Notes: generated from the letters alone by a model not told the origin. A stretch of DNA of 64,000 bases from Alphaproteobacteria bacterium (GCA_965214705.1 OZ243972.1:2208001-2272000); one strand, 5' to 3'; counted from the first letter of the stretch, positions 50,725 to 60,307 are shown. Translations and numbers: made by a program.

Positions 50725-52083
50725 TCACGCCTTCCTCAGGCGCCGGCCGTACATCATGCGCCCGTAGAAGTTGAACCACTTCCGTGCCTCGGAATCCCGG
50801 AACGGATAGTCCGCACCCATCTGTCTCGCCGTAACGAGGCCGGAGACGAAACAGGTTTCCTGGCTGTTGATCAGGGTATGGGCGCCGCAGTGCCACGAGC
50901 GCCGCTTGCCCTGAATGAAGCGAAACAGGTGGATCAGAAGAGCCACGTGACGCACGTCGTGAACGATGTGCTGAAACCACCACGTCTTGACGATCTTTGC
51001 TTCGTCGATGCGGCTGATTGGATTATAGGTCACGAGGCACGGTTTATCGGATCGTTTCGCCCAAGGCTGCTGGTTGTGCATGATGTAAGTAATTTCATAA
51101 TTGTCGGGCCTTGTACCGTATTGCTCGATGTGATTGCTTCGGGAGGCGAGCGGTTCGACCTCGTTGTCCGGAAGAATTGATGCATCCGAATGAATGACCG
51201 TGTGGTTGTGGAGTTCGCTCTCGTAACGGATTGAAGAGAGAATATAGCTTTCCCATAACGTCGGTTTATCCAGCATCATCAACGTTTGGTTGGCGTTGCA
51301 CGCGAACACAACGTCGTCGAAGGTCTCCGTCTCCCCGTTCTCGTCCTCGACGACGACATCGGATGAGCGGCGATAGACTTTTCGAACCGGTCGGTCGAGG
51401 TAGATCTTGTCCCGAAAGGCGGCCGACATTTTCTCATAGATGCGCCGCGTGCCCCGGTCCCAGGTCTGCATCGGCGTCGCTTTCTCGATATCGAAGAACT
51501 CCAGGTATCGGGAAAAGAGGGACGCAGGCATGTCGAACACGTTGGTCGCCATCAGGAAGTTGACGAACATGGGTTTCAGTATCTTGTACCTGAAATCTCC
51601 AGAAAACCTGCCAAAGTTGAGAACAGTACCCATGCTGATGTAGTTGTACGGGTTGAGAGCATTGAGCAATCTTGACCTGGACCGGTTGAGTCGACCAAAC
51701 CACTTCAGTCGTCTCAGCACCTTCTGAAATTTCTCGATTTCCGGTTGCAATTGCCGCCTGATTTCCGAGTCGAAATCGTGGGCATAGACTTCACCGCGGT
51801 ACTTCACACTGTAGCTGAACCTGGTATCGACAAGCTCGATACCGTGTTGCTGCATGAACAGAACGATATGGTGGTAAACCGTGGGAATGCACGCGGTGAC
51901 GGAAATATCGAACGGAATCGAGGTCCCGTCGTCCTGCGGCATATCGGCCGTAATGGCATTTCCGCCGACCTGAGACTGCGCTTCGAACACGCGAAAATCG
52001 AATTGATCGGGGTGCCGATTCAGCGCCCACGCCACGCCTAGTCCCGAGACTCCCGCACCGATAATGGCAACCCGTCGTGGCAT
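50725..52083 (-). CDS. FAD-dependent oxidoreductase (amine oxidase-like, COG2907-type)
   Basis: IIGAGVSGL...FEAQSQVGG FAD motif; visibly lower GC than the flanks. Confidence 0.85.
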   Translation of the reverse strand: MPRRVAIIGAGVSGLGVAWALNRHPDQFDFRVFEAQSQVGGNAITADMPQDDGTSIPFDISVTACIPTVYHHIVLFMQQHGIELVDTRFSYSVKYRGEVYAHDFDSEIRRQLQPEIEKFQKVLRRLKWFGRLNRSRSRLLNALNPYNYISMGTVLNFGRFSGDFRYKILKPMFVNFLMATNVFDMPASLFSRYLEFFDIEKATPMQTWDRGTRRIYEKMSAAFRDKIYLDRPVRKVYRRSSDVVVEDENGETETFDDVVFACNANQTLMMLDKPTLWESYILSSIRYESELHNHTVIHSDASILPDNEVEPLASRSNHIEQYGTRPDNYEITYIMHNQQPWAKRSDKPCLVTYNPISRIDEAKIVKTWWFQHIVHDVRHVALLIHLFRFIQGKRRSWHCGAHTLINSQETCFVSGLVTARQMGADYPFRDSEARKWFNFYGRMMYGRRLRKA

Positions 52084-52107
52084 CGCCGTCCCTCACAAAC
52101 GGAGTGG

Positions 52108-53184
52108 TTACACCAGCGGGATCACCTCGCGGGCGAAGCGTTCCATCGAGCGATGGCGGCTTTCGGCGGGTCGGCTGGGCTGCGCCGTGTTGATGGCGAA
52201 CTGGGTGATGCCGATCTCCCGGTAGCGCCGCACCTGGGCCGCCACCTGCTCGGGCGTGCCGACCAACTGGTGTTCGAGGAAAGGCGGCAGGTTGGCGGGA
52301 TCGGCCATCGCCTCCATCCGCTCCATCTGCTGCACGTTGCGCTCGTAGGTCGGCACATCCTTCCACGGGTTGGCATGGGTCTCGTAGTGCCGGACCACCG
52401 CGCGGAAGAAGGCCACGAGATAGGTGATCGCTTCGTCACGCGCTTCCTCTTCGCTGTCGGCGATAAAGCAGTGGATCCAGAGCGGGATGTTGGCGTCGGC
52501 CTGCCCGCCCTTGGACGCTGTGATCGCCTTCCACGCGGCGATGGCGTCGGTGTTCAGCTGGACGGGCGAGGCCGAGGTGCAGAGCAGCCCAAGGCCCATC
52601 TCCGCCATGCGCTCGGCGGTGCCGGGATTGTTGCAGGCGCCGTAGAGGTGGATGCGATCGCGCACCGGCCCCGGTCGGAGCGACACCTCGCGCGGGATGG
52701 TGGCGTGGGCGCCGTCGTAGCGGAAGGGGTCGCCGCCAAGCAGCCCCTGGGCGACCTCGCAATGCTCTTGGAAGAGCTCACGGGAATGCGCCATGTCGAT
52801 GGCGCGCGCGTCGTATTCGATCCGGGCCACGCCGCGACCGAGGCCGATATGCAGGTCGGCGTCGGTCATCAGGCTCAGCATCGCCAGGTCTTCGGCGAAC
52901 CGCACCGGCTCGTACCAGGGCAGCACGATGACGGCGGTGCCGAGCCCCAAGCCGGGACAGGCCGCCGCCACGTGGCTCAGGAAGAGCAGCGGCGAGGGCG
53001 AGGGATAGTAGTCGGTAAAGTGGTGCTCCAGCACCCAGACGCTGCCGAAACCGAGTGCTTGCCCGAAACGACAGTCGTCCAGCATCTCGCGGTAGCGCTG
53101 CCGGTCGCCGGCGGCGCCGTCCTGCTCGGCCGGCATCACCGGGCCCACGGTGAAGCCGAAGGCCGGATTACCCCGTTCGCTCAT
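52108..53184 (-). CDS. LLM class flavin-dependent oxidoreductase
   Basis: WVLEHHF, GTAVIVLP, GLGRG and VGTPEQV motifs. Confidence 0.9.
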   Translation of the reverse strand: MSERGNPAFGFTVGPVMPAEQDGAAGDRQRYREMLDDCRFGQALGFGSVWVLEHHFTDYYPSPSPLLFLSHVAAACPGLGLGTAVIVLPWYEPVRFAEDLAMLSLMTDADLHIGLGRGVARIEYDARAIDMAHSRELFQEHCEVAQGLLGGDPFRYDGAHATIPREVSLRPGPVRDRIHLYGACNNPGTAERMAEMGLGLLCTSASPVQLNTDAIAAWKAITASKGGQADANIPLWIHCFIADSEEEARDEAITYLVAFFRAVVRHYETHANPWKDVPTYERNVQQMERMEAMADPANLPPFLEHQLVGTPEQVAAQVRRYREIGITQFAINTAQPSRPAESRHRSMERFAREVIPLV

Positions 53185-53288
53185 GCCCGAGTCCTAACGG
53201 ACCCAGCGTGTACACCACAAGCGGCGCGAAGAGCCGCGGCGCCGGGCCGCCGGGCCCATGCGCCGACTCTCCGCGACTCTCGGCAGCG

Positions 53289-53801
53289 CTATTGGGTGAT
53301 GACGCCGCAGGCGATGCGGGGCCCGGCCGCGCCCGCAGGATCGGACACGTAGTCATCGGGGCCGTCGTGAATCACGATCGCCGCGCCGTCCTCGTCAAAG
53401 AGCGAAGCATCCAGCCGCAGCTGCGTGTTCAGCACCTCGATTTCCAGCGCGCCCGAGTCCGGCACGTGGATGTTGGGCATGTCGCCCGCGTGCATCCCCT
53501 CGGCATTGTCGATCCCGTGCTTCGCACCCGTCGGATTGAAGTGACCGCCCGCCGACTTGAAGGGCGGCTCGCACTTGCCGACCGTATGAACGTGGAACGC
53601 ATGGGCGCCAGCCGGCAGGTTCTCCAGCTTCGCGTGTAACAGCGTGCCCTGCGGCGTCTCACGCAGCGTGACCGCGCCGACGGAGTCTCCGTTCGCGTTC
53701 ATCATTGCAGCACTCGCCTGGTCTGCCGCGCCCGCCATCTGGGACGTCGCTGCCAATGCCATGCCGGCCACAAGAATGGTGACTGCAATCAGCTTCGTCA
53801 T
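53289..53801 (-). CDS. sodC: Cu/Zn superoxide dismutase, periplasmic
   Basis: Signal peptide; HAFHVH, GGHFNP, KHG, HAGDMPN, IVIH and RIACG ligand motifs. Confidence 0.93.
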   Translation of the reverse strand: MTKLIAVTILVAGMALAATSQMAGAADQASAAMMNANGDSVGAVTLRETPQGTLLHAKLENLPAGAHAFHVHTVGKCEPPFKSAGGHFNPTGAKHGIDNAEGMHAGDMPNIHVPDSGALEIEVLNTQLRLDASLFDEDGAAIVIHDGPDDYVSDPAGAAGPRIACGVITQ

Positions 53802-53917
53802 TGTCCTGTCCTCGTCGTTAGCGTCTTTGTACCAGATGAATGTTATCACCGCCGGCCCGAGTTCGACTGTCTGGTCCCTGCCGCGTCGGGAAAAACGCAC
53901 TCGCCCCTGTACCGGCT

Positions 53918-54400
53918 CTAAAAGATGCCGTTGGCCTTCTGCAGCTCGCGCACGTAGCGCGTGATCTTGATGACGTCCCCGTCCGAGACGCCCTCGACCG
54001 GCGGCATGTCGCCGAAGTTCCAGTGGTGGGCGCGAACGCCCTGCCGCGCAGCCAGGCGGAACGACATGTCGCCGTGGTGATTGGGTTCGTAGATGCGGTG
54101 GACCAGCGGCGGCCCCTGGTCCGAGCCTGTCGCGTGGGTGCCGTGACAGGTCACGCAGTTCTCCTCGAACAGCGCGTGGCCGGCCTCCGCCTGGGCAGTG
54201 AAGGCCGGGATGGTCAGTGCCGCACGTCCATCGCCGTGCTGCGCGTGGTCGTCGTCGAACCATTGCAGCCATCCCACCACGCCCACGACCACCGCCGCCG
54301 CGATGACGACGAGGTAGAGCTTGTCTGTCAGCTTCTTCCTCTTGGTTCGGCTTGAGGAAGCGGACCCGCGAGGTCGGCGAGGATTGGGGCTTTTCTTCAT
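53918..54400 (-). CDS. Membrane-anchored monoheme cytochrome c
   Basis: TM anchor, CVTCH and His-rich YEPNHH...AHHWNFGDMP. ATGA overlap with cueR. Confidence 0.88.
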   Translation of the reverse strand: MKKSPNPRRPRGSASSSRTKRKKLTDKLYLVVIAAAVVVGVVGWLQWFDDDHAQHGDGRAALTIPAFTAQAEAGHALFEENCVTCHGTHATGSDQGPPLVHRIYEPNHHGDMSFRLAARQGVRAHHWNFGDMPPVEGVSDGDVIKITRYVRELQKANGIF

Positions 54401-54801
54401 TGTGCGTCTCCCGCAGACGGGCCTGCGAGGTCGTCCAGAATGGGACAATCCGGCCGCTCGTCGCCGTGGCAGCGCGCTACGAGGGTTGCGAGCGTGCCGC
54501 GCAGCCCTTCGAGCTCGGCGATCTTGTGGTCTATGCGGCGCAGATGGGCCTCGGCCAGCGCTTTGACATCGGCGCTGGCACGCGCGCGGTCCTCGTAGAG
54601 CGAAAGCAGCGTGCGGCACTCCTCGATCGAGAACCCGAGGGAGCGTGCGCGGGCGAGGAACCTCAGCTTGTGCACGTCGGTTTCGACGAACGCGCGGTAG
54701 CCGTTCGTGCCCCGCGCCGGCCGCACCAGGCCGATGTCCTCGTAATAGCGGATCGTCTTTGCCGAGAGCCCGCTCGCTTGTGCGACGTCGGCTATCTTCA
54801 T
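54397..54801 (-). CDS. cueR: Cu(I)-responsive MerR regulator
   Basis: KTIRYYEDIGL, NGYR and the CHGDERPDCPIL Cu-binding loop. Confidence 0.95.
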   Translation of the reverse strand: MKIADVAQASGLSAKTIRYYEDIGLVRPARGTNGYRAFVETDVHKLRFLARARSLGFSIEECRTLLSLYEDRARASADVKALAEAHLRRIDHKIAELEGLRGTLATLVARCHGDERPDCPILDDLAGPSAGDAQ

Positions 54802-54819
54802 GGCCACCTCCGCGACCCC

Positions 54820-54850
54820 TTCGTACAGGTTCCAGCCACAGGAAGGTCAA
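54820..54850 (-). promoter_or_regulatory. CueR-type promoter for cueR-cytc(-sodC)
   Basis: Minus strand TTGACC-19 bp (TTCCTGTGGCTGGAACCTG)-TACGAA containing an ACCTTCC...GGAACCT dyad. Confidence 0.7.
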
Positions 54851-54861
54851 CACACCACTGC

Positions 54862-54892
54862 TTGACCTTCCAGTCACTGGAAACCCTACATT
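54862..54892 (+). promoter_or_regulatory. CueR-type copA promoter/operator
   Basis: TTGACC-19 bp (TTCCAGTCACTGGAAACCC)-TACATT with a TTCCAG/CTGGAA dyad; MerR-family geometry. Confidence 0.88.
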
Positions 54893-54904
54893 CCTGAGTC
54901 ACAA

Positions 54905-57000
54905 CCCATCTTTGCCATTTTGGCGCGCGCCTGCGACCTAAGTAGTTGCGATGATGGGCTGATTTTCTGGCCCATCTGGGATTATGGCACTACGTTTGTG
55001 CGCTCATCGCGACACTCCCGGGAGCACGGCCCGGCGCCTGTGGGGATCCACCGTGAGGCCCGCCGCCTGCGCGATGACGCGCGCCTCGGCGTCGGGTTGA
55101 GCATCCTGGCGGATGACGATGCGGTTTCCGTCCACCTCCCGGATGGTGGAGGTGAGACGCACCCAGCCCGCGAGCTTGTCGCGGATCGTACTCCAGCGGT
55201 CATGCAAGCCGTGCGCCGCCAGACGGGTTCGCAGCAGATGAACCGCGTGGTAGGCGAGGACGGCGATGAACAGGTGGGCGGCGATGCGCGAGGTCTTGGA
55301 GTGCCAGACCGGGCGCAGGCCGATTTCGGATTTCAGGCTGCGGAAGGTGGCCTCGAGCTCTGTGAGCTTCCAGTAGGTTCGGACCACGGTTTCAAGATCC
55401 CACTCGACGTGGCTGGTGCGCAGCACATAGATGCCCGCTTGGCGGTCGCGCTCGGCATGGAGAGCGTTGCGCCTCCAGCGGACCGCACTGGCCCGCCCCT
55501 TCTCTCCGGGCTCGACCTCGATGTCGTACTGACGGTGGACGCGCCTGTACCTTTCCTTCAGCCGGCCCAGCTTCTCCATCACCTTGGTGAACTGCTTGAT
55601 GTGGTTCTTCTTCGACAGCCCGCCATGCAGGGCGCGCAGGGCGTCCTCGAAGTTGTGACGCTGACGGGCGAGCACGGCCTCGTCCTTCTGCTGGCGCTCA
55701 TGGCTCCAGACGCACAGGTGCGCTTCGTCGTCCCCTGCCGCGAGACGCCAGGCGCGGGCATCGTGGCCGGCCCGGGTTTCGAAGGCGGCATCGGCTTCGC
55801 GCCCGGGCGGCGCCGAGACGCCGCGGCGAACGGTGATCCAGTGATAGCCGCCCGCCCGCAGCCAGGCGAGGTTGGCCTCGGTGGAGATGCCGGCGTCCAT
55901 GATGACCGTGGGCCTGGGGGCGTTGCTGCCGCGCGCTTGGCATTCCAGCCGCCCGATGGCGTCGGCGAGAGTGGCCGGCTCGGAGATGTTGCCGGGCAGG
56001 ATCTCGCTGTGCTGCGGAAAGCCGGCCTGGTTCAGCGACAGGGCCAGGGTCACGATCGGACAATCGTCACGCCTCTGCTTCGAGCGCCCGAAGCGGGCCA
56101 GCGCGGAGCTGGGCCGTCCGGTCATATGGGTGTTGGTCAGGTCGAAGAAGACGATGGTGTCGGGGATGCCGAAGAGATCGCGCTCCCGGGCGCACAGCGC
56201 CTCTTCAAGCGCCGCGCGGTGACGCCACAAGAGGTCGCCGATGCGGTAGAGCTTGCTGAGCGTGAGCGACTTGCCGCTGTCGACATCGAGCAACTCCAGG
56301 GTCGCGCTGTTCGCGCTCAGCCAGCGGAAGGCCTCGCGCTCGCTGGAGGGATGGATCATGCGCGCGACCACCAGTGCCGCCGCGATGCGTGCGTCGCGCT
56401 CACTTGCGCCCAGCCTCTCCAGCGTCTCGATGAAGCGAAGGTCGTCAAGCGCGGCGAGAGCCAGGCGCTCGCAGCCCACCGAGCGGACCTGTTCGTGGGA
56501 GAGGCTATCGAGACGGACCGTGGCCAGGTCGCTCTCGTCCCCGGGCCGCGACGCGCCGAGATCGCGGGCGTGAAGCCGCCGTACGACGTCCTCGGCGACG
56601 GGGCGCAAGGCGGCATCCGGCTCCAGCAGCGGCTCGCTGCCGGCGAGAAGGGTTTCGATCAGAAGCGCCAATTCGCGCCATTGCTCCTCGGGCACACCGA
56701 AGTCGGCGCCGAGATTGAGGAGCGTGACCTGGCGCACCCTTCCGCCGATGCGTTCGCTGCGCACGAGGCGGTAGGTGGCATAGCGCTCGCCACCGTCTCC
56801 GCGACCGGTGAGGGTTTTGCGAATGAACATGGCGGCAGGGTCACGGACAGTTTGCGGACTGTCAAGGAGCGCCGGCCCACAGACCAAAGATTATGGCACT
56901 ACAATGGACTTCCCAAAACACAATCCAACAAAATCAGTGCCTTAGATCCCAAAGGCTACCCAAAATCAGGCCTTCGGGACCGAAAAGTGGCAAAGATGGG
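54905..57000 (-). mobile_element. IS1634 family insertion sequence, 2096 bp
   Basis: TIRs CCCATCTTTGCCATTTT (left) and AAAGTGGCAAAGATGGG (right). ACAA duplicated at 54901-54904 and 57001-57004. Confidence 0.9.
55004..56830 (-). CDS. IS1634 family transposase
   Basis: MFIRK...YRLVRSER...VRQVTLLNLG, FFDLTNTH, FGRSKQRRDD, VIMDAGI and LEATFRSLKSEIGLRPVWH motifs. Confidence 0.92.
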   Translation of the reverse strand: MFIRKTLTGRGDGGERYATYRLVRSERIGGRVRQVTLLNLGADFGVPEEQWRELALLIETLLAGSEPLLEPDAALRPVAEDVVRRLHARDLGASRPGDESDLATVRLDSLSHEQVRSVGCERLALAALDDLRFIETLERLGASERDARIAAALVVARMIHPSSEREAFRWLSANSATLELLDVDSGKSLTLSKLYRIGDLLWRHRAALEEALCARERDLFGIPDTIVFFDLTNTHMTGRPSSALARFGRSKQRRDDCPIVTLALSLNQAGFPQHSEILPGNISEPATLADAIGRLECQARGSNAPRPTVIMDAGISTEANLAWLRAGGYHWITVRRGVSAPPGREADAAFETRAGHDARAWRLAAGDDEAHLCVWSHERQQKDEAVLARQRHNFEDALRALHGGLSKKNHIKQFTKVMEKLGRLKERYRRVHRQYDIEVEPGEKGRASAVRWRRNALHAERDRQAGIYVLRTSHVEWDLETVVRTYWKLTELEATFRSLKSEIGLRPVWHSKTSRIAAHLFIAVLAYHAVHLLRTRLAAHGLHDRWSTIRDKLAGWVRLTSTIREVDGNRIVIRQDAQPDAEARVIAQAAGLTVDPHRRRAVLPGVSR

Positions 57001-57023
57001 ACAAAGTCCACAAGGGGTTTGCG

Positions 57024-59330
57024 GTGGAACCGGCAGCGACGGTCGAGGAGACGGCGCGCGATCCCGTTTGCGGGATGAGCGTGGAGTGTGCCGGCGCGCG
57101 CCACACGGTGCGGCACGAAGGGCAGACGTACTATTTCTGCTGTGCCCGGTGTCGGGAGCGCTTTGCCGCGGCGCCCGAGGATTTCCTCGGCGAACGCCCG
57201 GCGCCGGAGCCCGCGCCCGAGGGCAGCCTCTATACCTGCCCGATGGACCCCGAGATCGTGCAACCTACGCCGGGCGACTGCCCCATCTGCGGCATGGCGC
57301 TGGAGCCCATGGTGCCGGTGGCCGACGAGGGGCCATCGCCCGAGCTTCGCGACCTGCGCCGACGGCTCTGGCTTGCCGCACCGCTCGCGGCCGCCGTGTT
57401 CGCGCTGGACATGGGGAGCCACGCCGGCATTCCCTTCGACTCCTGGCTCGGGCCGCGCGTCTTTATTGCCCTCCAGTTCTTGCTCGCGACACCGGTGCTC
57501 TGGATCGCGCGCGCGTTCTTCCTGCGCGGCCTCGCCTCGGTGCGCAATCGCTCGCCAAACATGTGGACGCTGATCGCGCTCGGCACCGGCGCCGCCTGGC
57601 TCTTCAGCCTCGCAGGTCTGCTCGCGCCGGGCATCTTCCCCGAAGCGGTTCTCACCGCAGGCGGGCAGCCACCGGCCTACTTCGAGGCCGCCGCGGTGAT
57701 CCTCGTGCTCGTGCTAGTCGGTCAGGTGATGGAGACGGTTGCCCGTGAGCGGACGGGCGATGCGATCCGCGCGCTCATGGGGCTCGCGCCGAAGACGGCA
57801 CGCAGATTGGAAGAAGAGGGCGAGTCCGACGTGCCCCTCGACGACGTGCGCCCCGGCGACCGGCTGCGGGTGCGGCCCGGCGAGAGCGTGCCCGTGGATG
57901 GCGTGGTGACAGAGGGCCGCGCCACCCTCGACGAGAGCATGATTACCGGCGAGTCGCTCCCGGTGGAGAAAGGGCCGGGCGATCCGCTGACCGGCGGCAC
58001 GCTCGCCAGGTCCGGCAGCCTGGTGATGCGGGCGGAGCGGGTCGGCGCTGAGACCACGCTCGCCCGCATCGTCGCCCTGGTGGCGAAGGCGCAGCGCAGC
58101 CGCGCGCCGATCCAGGCGCTGGCGGACCGGGTCGCCGGCATGTTCGTGCCGGCCGTGGTCGCCGTCGCCGTGCTGGCAGCCATCGGCTGGGCCGTGGCCG
58201 GTCCGTCGCCCGCTCTGGCCTACGCGCTGACCGCAGCCGTAAGCGTGCTCATCATCGCCTGCCCGTGCGCGCTCGGCCTGGCGACGCCGATGTCGATCAT
58301 GGTGGCCGCCGGGCGCGGCGCCCAGGCGGGCGTGCTGGTGCGCGACGCCGAGGCCCTGGAGCGTCTCGCCAAGGCGGACCTGCTCGTCGTCGACAAGACC
58401 GGCACGCTCACCGAGGGACGTCCCGCCGTGACCGACGTCATTCCGCTGGGCGACGCCCATCGACCGAGGCTGCTCGCGCTCGCGGCGGCGCTGGAGCGGA
58501 GCGCCCAGCACCCGCTCGCCGAAGCGGTCGTCGAGGCGGCGGAGGCGGCAGGCGCCCCATACCTCACGGCGAGCGGCGTGGAGTCCGTGGCCGGCAGGGG
58601 CGTGCACGGGCAAGTCGAGGGCCGCGGGGTCGCGCTCGGCAATGCCGCCATGATGAAAGCACTGGGTATCCCGCTGGGCGAACAAGCAGACGAGGCAGAA
58701 GCGTTGGAGGACGCCGGCAAGACCGCGATGTATGTCGCGGTAGACGGCGTGCTCGCAGGCGTGATCGCGGTTGCCGACACGGTGCGGGAGACCGCGCCCG
58801 AGGCCCTGCGCGCCCTCGAGGCGATGGGCCTCAAGGTCGTCATGGCGACCGGCGACAGCCCCCGCGTCGCCGGGACCGTCGCCGCCGCTTTGGGTATCGA
58901 TGAGGTGCACGCCGCGCTCGGGCCGGAAGAGAAAGGCGCGCTGGTCGAGCAGTTCAGCCAACAGGGCCGCACCGTCGCCATGGCCGGCGACGGGGTGAAC
59001 GATGCGCCGGCGCTGGCCCTGGCCGATGTCGGTATCGCCTTGGGCACCGGCGCCGACATCGCGATGGAGAGCGCCGGCATCACGCTGGTCAAGGGCGACC
59101 TGCGCGGCATCGTGCGCGCCCGCAGGCTGGCACGGGCGACCATGGGCAACGTGCGCCAGAACCTCTTCCTCGCCTTCGTCTATAACGCGGCGGCCATCCC
59201 CATCGCTGCCGGCGTGCTGTTCCCCCCGTTCGGCATCCTGCTTTCGCCCATGATCGCCGCCGCCGTGATGAGCCTTTCCTCCGTCTCGGTCATCGGCAAC
59301 GCGCTCCGCCTCCGCGCGGCGCGGGTCTGA
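57024..59330 (+). CDS. copA: Cu(I)-translocating P1B-type ATPase with YHS and heavy-metal-binding N-terminal domains
   Basis: DPVCGM/YFCC, YTCPM...CPICGM, TGES, CPC, DKTGT, GDGVND, YN and MSLSS motifs. Confidence 0.93.
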   Translation: MEPAATVEETARDPVCGMSVECAGARHTVRHEGQTYYFCCARCRERFAAAPEDFLGERPAPEPAPEGSLYTCPMDPEIVQPTPGDCPICGMALEPMVPVADEGPSPELRDLRRRLWLAAPLAAAVFALDMGSHAGIPFDSWLGPRVFIALQFLLATPVLWIARAFFLRGLASVRNRSPNMWTLIALGTGAAWLFSLAGLLAPGIFPEAVLTAGGQPPAYFEAAAVILVLVLVGQVMETVARERTGDAIRALMGLAPKTARRLEEEGESDVPLDDVRPGDRLRVRPGESVPVDGVVTEGRATLDESMITGESLPVEKGPGDPLTGGTLARSGSLVMRAERVGAETTLARIVALVAKAQRSRAPIQALADRVAGMFVPAVVAVAVLAAIGWAVAGPSPALAYALTAAVSVLIIACPCALGLATPMSIMVAAGRGAQAGVLVRDAEALERLAKADLLVVDKTGTLTEGRPAVTDVIPLGDAHRPRLLALAAALERSAQHPLAEAVVEAAEAAGAPYLTASGVESVAGRGVHGQVEGRGVALGNAAMMKALGIPLGEQADEAEALEDAGKTAMYVAVDGVLAGVIAVADTVRETAPEALRALEAMGLKVVMATGDSPRVAGTVAAALGIDEVHAALGPEEKGALVEQFSQQGRTVAMAGDGVNDAPALALADVGIALGTGADIAMESAGITLVKGDLRGIVRARRLARATMGNVRQNLFLAFVYNAAAIPIAAGVLFPPFGILLSPMIAAAVMSLSSVSVIGNALRLRAARV

Positions 59331-59337
59331 GGGTGGC

Positions 59338-59799
59338 GTGCGGTTGACAGCACGGACAGTGGCCGCAGCGACGGCGGCCATCGCTGGCTGGCTGCTGGCC
59401 GGGCACATCGCCTCGGCATCGGACGATCTCGCGCAGGGCGCCGCGCTCTACGCCGAACACTGCGCCTCCTGCCACGGCAAGTACCTCGAAGGCGCGCCGG
59501 ACTGGCGCAGGCAGGGCGAGGACGGGCTCTATCCCGCGCCGCCCCATGACGCGACCGGCCACACCTGGCATCACGGCGACCAGATGCTCTTCGACTATAC
59601 GAAGCTGGGCGGCGAGGGGTTGCTGGCGTCGCGCGGGATCACCAACTTCGAAAGCGGTATGCCGGGCTTCGCCGAGATTCTCACTGACGATGAAATCCGG
59701 GATGTCCTCGCCTTCATCAAGTCCACATGGCCCGAGCCCCTGCGCAGTCACCAGGAGGACATGACGCGGCACGAAGCCGAGTTCCTACCGCGGGAATAG
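59338..59799 (+). CDS. Periplasmic cytochrome c
   Basis: Signal peptide; CASCH, APPHDATGHTWHH and SGMPGF motifs. Confidence 0.9.
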   Translation: MRLTARTVAAATAAIAGWLLAGHIASASDDLAQGAALYAEHCASCHGKYLEGAPDWRRQGEDGLYPAPPHDATGHTWHHGDQMLFDYTKLGGEGLLASRGITNFESGMPGFAEILTDDEIRDVLAFIKSTWPEPLRSHQEDMTRHEAEFLPRE

Positions 59800-59807
59800 A
59801 CGCTGAA

Positions 59808-60251
59808 ATGGCGGATCTCTCCCGGCGCCGGCGGTCGCAAGCCTCCTTCTATGCCGCGGCGCTGCTATGGCTGCCGGCGGGCGTGCTGGCGTCGGCCGTG
59901 ATCCGCTTCGGCCCAACTTCGATGGCGCCCGGCGAGGGGGCGACGGCGACGCTCATGGCCGTGCCGTCGCTGATCGTGGCCGCGGTCTGCGGCCTGCCGC
60001 TGGCATGGGCTTGCCGGCGGCTGGGGCGGCTCGATCACGCGCGCGCGGCGTGGATCGCGGGCGTGTTTCTCGGGGTCGCCACGGTGGCGGCGTCGCTCCC
60101 CGCCGGCCTGTTCGGCCCGCCGGGCATCGCCATCGTCGCCTTGGTGCTGAGCCTCCCGGTCTGGATTGCCGTGATCTGGCTCCGCCGGCGGGCGCAGGCG
60201 AATACCGACGCGGCGAGGCCACCCCTGGACGGGCCGGATCGCCACCCATAG
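59808..60251 (+). CDS. Hypothetical membrane protein (about 4 TM)
   Basis: Hydrophobic ORF directly after the cytochrome c gene. Confidence 0.6.
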   Translation: MADLSRRRRSQASFYAAALLWLPAGVLASAVIRFGPTSMAPGEGATATLMAVPSLIVAAVCGLPLAWACRRLGRLDHARAAWIAGVFLGVATVAASLPAGLFGPPGIAIVALVLSLPVWIAVIWLRRRAQANTDAARPPLDGPDRHP

Positions 60252-60307
60252 GCTGACCGCGCGCCACCCATTCGAGCCACCGTGGCGCGTCCAACCGTGG
60301 AGCGCCG

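Noticed and set aside
54980-54993. IS direct repeat as a dif/Xer site
   Set aside because: Only loose similarity to one arm; no paired XerC/XerD arms around a 6-bp core.
54920-57748. 942-aa plus-strand ORF crossing the IS end
   Set aside because: Antisense to the transposase and off-frame in copA; no recognisable domain.
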